In this document: positions 9,805-17,598 of the stretch, piece by piece
Layout of the letters: the number at the start of each line of letters is the position of its first letter
How positions within the stretch are numbered: position 1 is the stretch's first letter
NCBI GenBank assembly: GCA_017445925.1
Contig: JAFSRW010000049.1
Location: 6,384-70,383, forward strand
Source of the DNA: Bacteroidaceae bacterium
Lineage (GTDB): Bacteria; Bacteroidota; Bacteroidia; Bacteroidales; Bacteroidaceae
Reading direction: 5' to 3'
Length of the DNA: 64,000 nucleotides
Notes under the pieces: generated by a model
Databases searched by the model: none
Seen by the model: the letters and a program-made list of their open reading frames with translations, nothing else
What the model was told of the DNA's origin: nothing
Position numbers and translations under genes: made by a program

Positions 9805-9812
9805 TATCTTTG
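9805..9812 (+). promoter_or_regulatory. -7 promoter box TAtcTTTG upstream of the HU-like gene
   Basis: TAnnTTTG match, 65 nt upstream of the ATG at 9877. Confidence 0.4.
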
Positions 9813-9876
9813 CACCATCGAGAAAAGAATTTATCATCAAGGCAAAGCAATTATGTTGTCTAAATAAAGTAATTAT

Positions 9877-10509
9877 ATGGCACGTTATATTAAAAAGGAG
9901 ATTGTAGACCTGAAGGGATCGGGCTCTACAAAGGCTTATTACAAGTTGAAGGCCTGGCGCAGAATGGACTTCGACGATTTTGTGGAATGCTGTCATGCGC
10001 ACAACGGGGCATTCAGCAAGGCGCTATTAAAGGGTGTGATGACGGCTGTCTGCGAGGAACTGGCCTATCAGATTTCGAACGGATACAGCGTGAAGATCGA
10101 TGGGATGGGAACGTTCTCTGCCAAACTGGGCGTTCGCAAGGACAAGGAGATGGACAATTTCCAGGAAGGTGAAGCCAAGCGAAATGCGCAAAGCATCGAG
10201 GTGACGGGCGTTTCGTTCAAGGTGGAAAAGGAGCTGGTAAGCGTAATAAACCGTGAGTGCGACCTGGAACGAGGTGGCGAGGAGCGACTAAAACGCTCGA
10301 AATACTCGAAGGAGGAGCGCATAGAGCGTGCCCGTCAGTTCATCAGAAAGAACTCTTATATGCGTGTTCAGGAATATGCCTCGCTTACGGGGATGGCTTA
10401 CTCTACCGCTGCCCGCGAACTGTGCAGTATTGCCTCGGATCCCACATCGGGTATCAGAAGCGAGGGGGCAAAGAGCGGCAAACTCTACTTGCTGGCAAAG
10501 GAAGAATAA
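9877..10509 (+). CDS. HU-family-like DNA-binding protein with C-terminal winged-helix-like extension
   Basis: N-terminus resembles Bacteroidota HU-like proteins (AYYKLKAWRRMDFDDF..LLKGVMTAVCEELAYQISNGYSVKIDGMGTFSAKLG). C-terminal segment YMRVQEYASLTGMAYSTAARELCSI is HTH-like. Confidence 0.55.
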   Translation: MARYIKKEIVDLKGSGSTKAYYKLKAWRRMDFDDFVECCHAHNGAFSKALLKGVMTAVCEELAYQISNGYSVKIDGMGTFSAKLGVRKDKEMDNFQEGEAKRNAQSIEVTGVSFKVEKELVSVINRECDLERGGEERLKRSKYSKEERIERARQFIRKNSYMRVQEYASLTGMAYSTAARELCSIASDPTSGIRSEGAKSGKLYLLAKEE

Positions 10510-10584
10510 AAACTGATGTCTTGTCTAAAGTATCCATCTTATTCAATATTATTCGTCCCTGCAATAGTGTGTTCTCGTTGCCTC

Positions 10585-10761
10585 TTACTTCTCAAGGAAA
10601 TGGAATTCTTTGTCAAGCTCGCTAAATAACTCCTCGCTGGTGATATAGTTTCCTTTGGCAAACTGCTCTTCACTCTCAGCGACGCGGGCGTAGAGCTCTT
10701 CTATCGTGTCGAAGTTGTTAAGCTGTGAGTCCATTTTCATAGTCATTGGTACTTGCTCCAT
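10585..10761 (-). CDS. small hypothetical protein (58 aa)
   Basis: Internal ATG (MEQVPMTMKMD..) chosen because the longer track ORF overlaps the upstream XRE gene by 83 nt. Acidic helical sequence, no family recognised. Confidence 0.35.
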   Translation of the reverse strand: MEQVPMTMKMDSQLNNFDTIEELYARVAESEEQFAKGNYITSEELFSELDKEFHFLEK

Positions 10762-10831
10762 AGATAAAACACTGAAAAGTTCGTTTTTGTGTATATTTTC
10801 TACACTTTTTCTAACTTTCTGATGTATATCA

Positions 10832-11161
10832 TCACAGTACCGTAAGCGAAATACGCTTTCCAAGTCCTGAGAATATGCGGAAGAGCGTAGAGAGTTGCAC
10901 ATCAGCATGACCATTCTCTATCTTTGAGATATAGCTCTTCTTGGTACCAATCTTGGCAGCCAGCTGTTCCTGGGTTAAGCCTGCCAGACGACGCTGTTCC
11001 TTTAAGCATTCTGCCAAACAGAACGCCTCAGCTTCTGTCTCAAAATTCTCACGAGCCTCTGTTCCGCGCTTGCCATACTCTGCATCAAGCAGCTCATCGA
11101 AACTCGTACACTCCATAATTGCTTCTTTCTTCTTTGCGTCCATTGTGCGAATTTTATTCAT
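10832..11161 (-). CDS. XRE-family helix-turn-helix transcriptional regulator (HigA-like antitoxin architecture)
   Basis: LKEQRRLAGLTQEQLAAKIGTKKSYISKIENGHADVQLSTLFRIFSGLG is a classic Cro/C1 HTH. Confidence 0.75.
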   Translation of the reverse strand: MNKIRTMDAKKKEAIMECTSFDELLDAEYGKRGTEARENFETEAEAFCLAECLKEQRRLAGLTQEQLAAKIGTKKSYISKIENGHADVQLSTLFRIFSGLGKRISLTVL

Positions 11162-11181
11162 CTCTCATTACTTTGATGCGA

Positions 11182-11189
11182 CAAAGTTA
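11182..11189 (-). promoter_or_regulatory. -7 promoter box (TAACTTTG on minus strand) for the XRE gene
   Basis: Plus strand reads CAAAGTTA, 21 nt upstream of the ATG at 11161. Confidence 0.4.
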
Positions 11190-11278
11190 ACCAATTAATG
11201 AACATTCGCCAAATTTCTATTGTGTTTTTATGTACATTTATATCAAAGCTGTTACTTTTGTTGTAAAAAGAGGAAAAA

Positions 11279-11325
11279 TGGCGCCTAATAAGCTCCTGGG
11301 TTGCAAAAACGTGGGAGCTTTAAGA
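11279..11325 (+). repeat. orphan third copy of the TGGCGCCTAA..AGCTCC..GGGAGCT terminator-like element
   Basis: TGGCGCCTAATAAGCTCCTGGGTTGCAAAAACGTGGGAGCTTT aligns with 6929-6970 and 9573-9617. It does not follow any cassette gene. Confidence 0.7.
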
Positions 11326-11402
11326 AGATTTAACGTCTCAGCACTTATTTTTTTCCTACCTCAAACGTTATAAATAAAAATAAGTTAATACAAAAACAGA
11401 AT

Positions 11403-13193
11403 ATGAAGAGAACAATCATCGCCATCCTGCTCTCCCTCATCGCTGTGGCTGGGAATGCAAAGAACAAAGCCATCGTTTGGGAAGAGACGTCAATGGTTTT
11501 CACATCTAATCGCTACTTTCAGATAAAGAAGGTAGAACTGACGAAACAAGAGACGAAGCTCTATGCACGCTACTATTACATGCCCAGCTATTGGTTCAGC
11601 ATCGCTAAGGGAAGCTACTTGCAGTCGGGCGGAAAGACTTATCCCATCGTCAGCGCTGATAGCATAACGCTTGGCGAAAGGTTTACCTTAGGCGACAAAG
11701 GAGAACAAGAGTTCGTGCTCCACTTCGAACCTCTGCCCATGAAGACGAAAGAGTTTGACTTCATTGAAGGCTTGAAAGACAACAACTTCAAGGTCTTTGG
11801 CGTTCACGACAAGAACGTTCCCTTGCCTGCAACTCCAGTGCCTGCCGAGTATCGTGCCGACTATACAGAAGAAGACCTGCTACCTGAACTTCAATACGGA
11901 AGTGAGCCTGCCACGATTCGCTTCAAGACGATAAACCTCCGTAAAGGTATGAAGCAAGAGATAAAGATGCGGTATATTGACCTGAAGAACCTCAACCTGA
12001 ATACCCCGACAAGAGAGACGACTAAAGTCCTTCATTTGGATGAGGCAGGCGAAGCAGAGATAAGTCTGCCTTTAGGCTTCCCGCAGGATGTGAATATCGA
12101 ACTTTCCAGCGGCTATTGGTTTTCTACAGGTCATCTGTTCCTTGCTCCAGGCAAAGAAGTTACGGTACTCATCGACATGATGCGCGACGACACGGAGCGT
12201 AGGGACAGTAAGTTCGTGGGCTTCAAAGGTTACATGGCAAGGCTCGACAAGGAATACACCAAGGCATATCAGGACTCGCAAAAGGAGACACCATACACCT
12301 TCCGGAAGCAAACCGACATCAAGGACATGCCTTCGCTCGTGAACTATCTTGAAGGACGGAAAGCCCACATGGAAGGATGGAAGAAGAGCGCTCCTTTCAT
12401 GGAGATAACCAAGGAAGTGCTTCAGCAGAAAGTTAATATGCCCATATTCATGTCAACCCCCGAATTGGATTCGCTGACGAAGACAGAAACATTTCGCGAT
12501 TACCTGCTTCGTCAGCACAGAGAGCCTTTGCAAAACTCCAAGAGGTTCCTCGATGATTACTTTGTCTATGCCAGCCGTTATTATGCAATGGACAAGGAAG
12601 CTCGTGGCATCAATGCCGACCTTGCACGCTATTGCTATTATCTGCCCAAGGTGCTTGATGGGCAGAAAGTGGAAAAGCCTCTGATAGAAGACAAGTCGCT
12701 CTCTGCCCTTTACGACCAAGCTGTTGAGGAATACCGTAAGACCATTGCCGCCAATCAAAAAGAGTTGGCAGACAATGTGCATTATCTTGATATGACAGAC
12801 GTTGCTCCAGAAAACATCTTGCAGACCATTCTTGATGAATATAAGGGCAAAGCAGTCCTGATAGATCTTTGGGCAACGTGGTGCGGTCCATGCCGGAAGG
12901 GACATAAGGATATGGCTCCGCTAAAGGAACAACTGAAAGGCAAGAACATCCAGTTTGTCTATATCACCTCAACCTCATCGCCATACGAGGACTGGAAGCC
13001 GATGCTTGGCGATATCTCTGGCAACCACTATTACCTGACGAAAGGGCAATGGGATCACCTTCTTGAGTTATACCAATCCAACGGCATCCCAACCTATGCC
13101 ATCTACGATGCTGACGGCAATCTGACATATTCCACCATCGGCTTCCCAGGTTTAGACAAAATCAAAGAGGAAATAGAAAAGGTATTGAAATGA
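11403..13193 (+). CDS. TlpA-like thioredoxin-fold protein (thiol-disulfide oxidoreductase) with large N-terminal domain
   Basis: Signal peptide MKRTIIAILLSLIAVAGNA. C-terminal LIDLWATWCGPCRKGHKDMAPL carries a WCGPC active site. Confidence 0.75.
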   Translation: MKRTIIAILLSLIAVAGNAKNKAIVWEETSMVFTSNRYFQIKKVELTKQETKLYARYYYMPSYWFSIAKGSYLQSGGKTYPIVSADSITLGERFTLGDKGEQEFVLHFEPLPMKTKEFDFIEGLKDNNFKVFGVHDKNVPLPATPVPAEYRADYTEEDLLPELQYGSEPATIRFKTINLRKGMKQEIKMRYIDLKNLNLNTPTRETTKVLHLDEAGEAEISLPLGFPQDVNIELSSGYWFSTGHLFLAPGKEVTVLIDMMRDDTERRDSKFVGFKGYMARLDKEYTKAYQDSQKETPYTFRKQTDIKDMPSLVNYLEGRKAHMEGWKKSAPFMEITKEVLQQKVNMPIFMSTPELDSLTKTETFRDYLLRQHREPLQNSKRFLDDYFVYASRYYAMDKEARGINADLARYCYYLPKVLDGQKVEKPLIEDKSLSALYDQAVEEYRKTIAANQKELADNVHYLDMTDVAPENILQTILDEYKGKAVLIDLWATWCGPCRKGHKDMAPLKEQLKGKNIQFVYITSTSSPYEDWKPMLGDISGNHYYLTKGQWDHLLELYQSNGIPTYAIYDADGNLTYSTIGFPGLDKIKEEIEKVLK

Positions 13194-13272
13194 AAAAGCT
13201 GCTTTTTCCGTAAAACTTATAAGATTTTGCACAGAAAACAAGGAAAAACTTGGATTACTGTGCAAGAATTTA

Positions 13273-13280
13273 TAACTTTG
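13273..13280 (+). promoter_or_regulatory. -7 promoter box TAacTTTG upstream of the abiEi-like gene
   Basis: TAnnTTTG match, 21 nt upstream of the ATG at 13301. Confidence 0.4.
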
Positions 13281-13300
13281 CCCCCAGAAAATAAGATTTC

Positions 13301-13933
13301 ATGAGGGGAAATCCATTAATACAATTGGGTAATGTTCCTGTAAATGCAGGAACTATTGCTGCATGCTTCGAACACCTTTCTTCGCCCAGTGAAAAGATAC
13401 GAGCCTTGGAGAAGGATGGGCAGTTGATTCGCCTAAAGCGTGGTTTGTATGTGGTAGATGATAGGGTGAGTGGTAAGCCTATTAATGTCCGACTATGTGC
13501 CAACCATATTTATGGCCCGTCATACGTGTCGTTACAATGGGCTTTAAGGTGGTATGGGCTCATTCCTGAACGCGTGTTTACGATGACTTCCATCACCACC
13601 AAGCGAACTCGAATGTTTGAAAACTCCTTCGGACGTTTTACCTATTATCAGGTTAAACCAGACTATTTTCACATTGGAATCAGGAGCGTAGAAGAAAATG
13701 GATTAAATTGTCTTATGGCCAGTCCCGAAAAGGCTCTTTGTGACATGATTCTTTACGATTCCTATTTGCCTCCGCAATCTATAAAAGGTTTGGAACAATA
13801 CTTAGAAGAAGATATTCGCTTTGATACTGATGCCTTGAATGATTTTGATGTCGGTATCATAGAAGCATGTGCCCAAACGGGCAGAAAGGAACAGATATTG
13901 AATAACCTGATTAAAATTATCAAGAAAAGATGA
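13301..13933 (+). CDS. type IV toxin-antitoxin system AbiEi-family antitoxin-like protein
   Basis: GQLIRLKRGLYVV...LCANHIYGPSYVSLQWALRWYGLIPERVF resembles the AbiEi_4 domain. 4-nt ATGA overlap with the downstream nucleotidyltransferase gene. Confidence 0.65.
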   Translation: MRGNPLIQLGNVPVNAGTIAACFEHLSSPSEKIRALEKDGQLIRLKRGLYVVDDRVSGKPINVRLCANHIYGPSYVSLQWALRWYGLIPERVFTMTSITTKRTRMFENSFGRFTYYQVKPDYFHIGIRSVEENGLNCLMASPEKALCDMILYDSYLPPQSIKGLEQYLEEDIRFDTDALNDFDVGIIEACAQTGRKEQILNNLIKIIKKR

Positions 13934-14751
13934 GCATATATGATGATATGGTGACGGAATACGCCCAGAAGTTAGGCACATCTACGTCAAACGTTGAGCA
14001 AGAGGTAATGCAGCGTATAGCTCTTGCAGGATTACAGCGTGGGGGATTCTTTGATCACGCCGCCTTCTATGGCGGCACTTGTCTGCGAATCTTTCACGGA
14101 CTTCCTCGTTTTTCTGAGGATATGGATTTTTCCCTGATTGAGAAACGTGATGATATCCATTTGGAAAACTATTTCCCCGCTATCGTTGAAGAATTTAAGT
14201 TGGCAGGCCACGAAGTCAATATCGTAAAGAAGGATAAGAAGATATTTGGACGAGTAGAGTCGGCATTCCTCAAGGAAAATACCGAGGCATTCGATATCAA
14301 GTTCCAAACCAAGAAGACCGTTAAGGTAAAGATAGAACTCGACACCGACCCTCCCTTGGCCTTCGAGACGGAGCAGAAGCTTCTCATCCAACCCTATTCC
14401 TTTATGACTCGTTGCTTTACCTTACCATATTTATATGCTGGAAAGATGCACGCATTGGTCTATCGTGCTTGGCAACGAAGGGTCAAGGGGCGTGACTGGT
14501 ACGATTTCGAATGGTATGTTCGCCATCAGATTCCTTTAGATTACCAACATCTGAAGGAGAGAATCCGTGAGTTTAGTGGCGAAGTGGTGGAAAAGGAAAC
14601 ATTTATGCAGCTTCTCCGTAAAAAGCTTTCGTCAACGGACATAGAACTGGTTAAGCAGGATGTAATGGGGTTTGTCGACAACCCTCACGAACTTGATATT
14701 TGGTCTAACGACTACTTCTTGCAGTTGGCAGACATGATTGTGTTTAAGTGA
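13930..14751 (+). CDS. nucleotidyltransferase AbiEii/AbiGii-family toxin
   Basis: FYGGTCLRIFHGLPRFSEDMDFSL matches the GGTxLxxxxxxxRxSxDxDF signature of DUF1814/AbiEii. 273 aa. Confidence 0.75.
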   Translation: MSIYDDMVTEYAQKLGTSTSNVEQEVMQRIALAGLQRGGFFDHAAFYGGTCLRIFHGLPRFSEDMDFSLIEKRDDIHLENYFPAIVEEFKLAGHEVNIVKKDKKIFGRVESAFLKENTEAFDIKFQTKKTVKVKIELDTDPPLAFETEQKLLIQPYSFMTRCFTLPYLYAGKMHALVYRAWQRRVKGRDWYDFEWYVRHQIPLDYQHLKERIREFSGEVVEKETFMQLLRKKLSSTDIELVKQDVMGFVDNPHELDIWSNDYFLQLADMIVFK

Positions 14752-14809
14752 ATGTTAAAAACCTTTAATTTTACTTGACATTGTCCTTTCCGCTACGTTA
14801 TTAAAGTGT

Positions 14810-15322
14810 ATGGAACAGATAGAGTTCATAAGATTAGCACCCCAATTGCGAGGAAAGGCAATGGCCATAGGCCAGTCGTTCTTTGCCTCCGAGGAAGAGG
14901 CCGAGGATGTGGCGCAGGAGACGCTCATCCGACTGTGGAAAGCATGGGAAGGATTAACTTCGGCAGAAGAAGCCGAAAGACTGACCGTAAGGGTTGCTAA
15001 GTATGAGTGTATAAATGCTTGGCGCAGAGAGCAGAGCAGACCGCACACATCACTCAGTTCGGCACAGGAGGTAACGCATCCGATGACGCAGAACGGGCAA
15101 CCGATGGAAGGCGATGAACTCTCGGAAGCTATACGCAGGGCAGCCGGTACACTAACCAAGTCCGAAGCCCGTCTGTGGCGCCTGTTTGCCGAGGCAGGAA
15201 TGACGGCAGCAGAGATTTCTGCCATTACAGAGATAAATGTGCGGTCGGTCAGCACAATGCTCAGCCATGCCAGAAGCCATATTTACAAATTGTTGAAAGA
15301 AGGAGGATACATAGATGGATAA
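14810..15322 (+). CDS. ECF-type RNA polymerase sigma-70 family factor (cassette 3)
   Basis: EAEDVAQETLIRLWKAW (region 2). LTKSEARLWRLFAEAGMTAAEISAITEINVRSVSTMLSHARSHIYKLL (region 4). Closest to the cassette 1 sigma (shared MxQIEF start). Confidence 0.8.
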   Translation: MEQIEFIRLAPQLRGKAMAIGQSFFASEEEAEDVAQETLIRLWKAWEGLTSAEEAERLTVRVAKYECINAWRREQSRPHTSLSSAQEVTHPMTQNGQPMEGDELSEAIRRAAGTLTKSEARLWRLFAEAGMTAAEISAITEINVRSVSTMLSHARSHIYKLLKEGGYIDG

Positions 15323-15953
15323 GAAACAAATCATAGAGGATTACCTGCAAGGTCGTCACCCCATGGAGCAACAATCGTGGGAAATGCCCTCAGCCCAGGA
15401 ACTGGATAATGCCGAAGTAGAGTTCGACCGAATCAAAAAAAGCCTCACCCCCCGTCCTCTCCGAAAGGAGAGGGGGCTAAAGTTCTGGCCTTTAGCGATT
15501 GCTGCTTGTTTGGCAGGCTTCGTTGTCATATTCTTGGCACCGCCCAGAACGGCAGATGAACCGATAGCCAGCAGTCAAGAGCCAAGAGTCGAGAGTCAAG
15601 AGCCAATAGCCAGCAGCCAACTGTCAACTGTCAACTGTCAACTTTCAACTCACGAAGGCCCAGAGCCAAGGGTCGAGAGTCAAGAGCCAACAGCTAGCAG
15701 CCAAGAGCCAAGGGTCGAGAGCCCAGAGCCAAAAGCCAAGAGCCAACAGCCAACGGCCAAAAGCCAAGAGCCAATAGCGGAGCCTATGCAGGCAGAGGCG
15801 GAAGCTCCTGCAGAAGAAGTACGACCCATTCTTCCCGAAATGGAGGACCCGTTCCTTGCCATAGCAGAACAGATGCAGGACATCCGTTCGCGAGGCGAAC
15901 AGGTACGTCAGGAAGTAGCACAATTAATAGAAAATAAAGATAATCTTCAATAA
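15315..15953 (+). CDS. single-pass membrane protein, putative anti-sigma factor (cassette 3)
   Basis: 8-nt overlap with the sigma gene. TM segment FWPLAIAACLAGFVVIFLAPP. Long SQEPRVE/QLSTVNC heptad linker. Conserved C-terminus MEDPFLAIAEQMQDIRSRGEQV. Confidence 0.55.
   Translation: MDKKQIIEDYLQGRHPMEQQSWEMPSAQELDNAEVEFDRIKKSLTPRPLRKERGLKFWPLAIAACLAGFVVIFLAPPRTADEPIASSQEPRVESQEPIASSQLSTVNCQLSTHEGPEPRVESQEPTASSQEPRVESPEPKAKSQQPTAKSQEPIAEPMQAEAEAPAEEVRPILPEMEDPFLAIAEQMQDIRSRGEQVRQEVAQLIENKDNLQ
15565..15775 (+). repeat. coding period-7 repeat tract mixing GAGCCAA/GAGTCAA and CAACTGT/CAACTTT units
   Basis: Read directly. Contains CAACTGTCAACTGTCAACTGTCAACTTTCAACT, the complement of family A TTGA units, flanked by GAGCCAA-type units. 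Confidence 0.9.
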
Positions 15954-15954
15954 A

Positions 15955-17133
15955 ATGAAAAAAATATTCACAATCATCCTGCTGGCAGTCGTTTCTGCCG
16001 CAGCATTTAGCCAGGAACCCAACAAGCAGCTTCAGCAGTTGGAGAAATATCTGCAAGAACTGGACTTAGGTGTTTCCCACGAACAATCCAACTGTGGTGG
16101 CACTACTAATATTCGACATACATGGCGGAGCATGTTCTATGAATCCACACAAAAAATACTCGCTGATGAAAGCCTAAGCGAGGAAAAAAGAAAACAGTAT
16201 CAAGCCTATCATGACGAATTTATCGCCAAGAGATGGAAGAATCTTGAGCACGCAGTAGACTCTGTTCGGCTTGCTTTTGCACGTCTGAGTAAGGAAACTT
16301 CTAAAAGTTATCTCTTTGAAGATCACATGGATGGTACCGACACCATAAAATACGCACTGGCTTTTGCCCGTCCCGATGGTATGGCTCCTTTCCTTTATGA
16401 ACAAAAAAAATCTAATAGAGCGGAATTTTTTGGCGCCCGCGAGGCGGCAAGTTTTAATTTCGACAAGAACTTCGACAGCCAAGGCCAGTATTTCGTTGGG
16501 AAGGGCAGTTATGAACACGTCTATGAGATAGAAACAGGCCTAACGTGGGAAAATGATATGAAAAACTTTGACATTGAGGCTTTTCAGGCGCTTATCCAGC
16601 CCGTAATAAAGCCCCTTCTGTCCCTGAAAGGAGCAAAATCATATCCTGTATATTGGCGACATGACGTTGGCTATGAAGATGAAGTGGGGAAAAACGGCGG
16701 ACTAACTCACAAGACTACTTCTTATGGGAGCGATGCGTCAGGCCAAGGGCTTACTACGGGATCTTTCTGCTTTATTCCTGCCCAGTACGAGGCAGAAGCG
16801 AAGGCGCTTCACAAGCAGCTCGACTCGCTCTCTCTGGCCTATGTCAACCAGCATCCAGAGCAGCCATACATTTACAAGTATTCCAAGGACTATTCGTTCT
16901 TCAATATCGTGGAGATATTAAATGGGCACCGGCATCACGGTAGCGATGATTATAGCCTCAGGAGCTATTCTGACCCCGACGGCTTTTATATTCTTTCCCT
17001 TACCACAAAGGGCGATATCTGGATTCCCCGCGAATGGCCAAAGCTGAAAAGCTGGATCAATGGCGAAAAAGTCTATCTGAAAGGAAAAGCACCAAAAAGG
17101 ACCCCTAACCCCCTTAATGGGGGAATGAAATAG
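15955..17133 (+). CDS. secreted protein of unknown function, cassette paralog P3
   Basis: Signal peptide MKKIFTIILLAVVSAAAFSQ. Strongly similar to P1 at both ends (QEPNKQLQQLEKYL; GFYILSLTTKGDIWIP..KSWINGEKVYLKGK). Confidence 0.75.
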   Translation: MKKIFTIILLAVVSAAAFSQEPNKQLQQLEKYLQELDLGVSHEQSNCGGTTNIRHTWRSMFYESTQKILADESLSEEKRKQYQAYHDEFIAKRWKNLEHAVDSVRLAFARLSKETSKSYLFEDHMDGTDTIKYALAFARPDGMAPFLYEQKKSNRAEFFGAREAASFNFDKNFDSQGQYFVGKGSYEHVYEIETGLTWENDMKNFDIEAFQALIQPVIKPLLSLKGAKSYPVYWRHDVGYEDEVGKNGGLTHKTTSYGSDASGQGLTTGSFCFIPAQYEAEAKALHKQLDSLSLAYVNQHPEQPYIYKYSKDYSFFNIVEILNGHRHHGSDDYSLRSYSDPDGFYILSLTTKGDIWIPREWPKLKSWINGEKVYLKGKAPKRTPNPLNGGMK

Positions 17134-17276
17134 AGGGAGAAAGCGCAGACGCCCTCTATTTCGCGTTTTAAGGCCCCTCTACGCTCTTTTTAGTATTCTG
17201 GTGGTAGTCAGTCCACCTGATGGGGTTAGAGGGGCTTAGACGAAGTTTTTAGCAAGGGGCAGTCGTGAGTTGGCGC

Positions 17277-17384
17277 TATCACAGATCACAGTATCACAGT
17301 TTTTCAAAAAGTATCAGAAAGTGTTACTTAAGTAAAGGTAATTTCGACCTAAAATAGAAACTGTGATACTGTGATAACTGTGAT
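17277..17384. repeat. inverted pair of ATCACAG(T) micro-arrays (long hairpin potential)
   Basis: Left arm TATCACAGATCACAGTATCACAGT (17277-17300). Right arm ACTGTGATACTGTGATAACTGTGAT (17359-17384). Imperfect reverse complements separated by 58 nt. Confidence 0.85.
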
Positions 17385-17598
17385 TGACAAAAAGACAATA
17401 AATTGTCTAAAATAATCTTTACAACAGCTAATCACTTCTCTGAGGTAAAAAAGCTAAAATAAAGAGTAGATTTTTACTGCCACACTAGGCGGCAAAATTT
17501 TTCTAGTTAGGGAGTAAGTTTTCTCCAATTAGGCAGAAAAAGGAGAGCAGAAATGATGATCAGAAAATTATTTACATTCAAGAAAACCCAACAAAAGT

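Noticed and set aside
14755-15255. 166-aa minus-strand ORF antisense to the cassette 3 sigma gene
   Set aside because: The sigma frame has region 2 and region 4 motifs and translational coupling to the next gene.
4687-17133. Calling the cassette/accessory region an integrative mobile element
   Set aside because: There is no integrase, transposase, relaxase or conjugation gene, no flanking tRNA and no clear direct-repeat att sites. The only repeats are paralogous cassettes and terminator-like elements.
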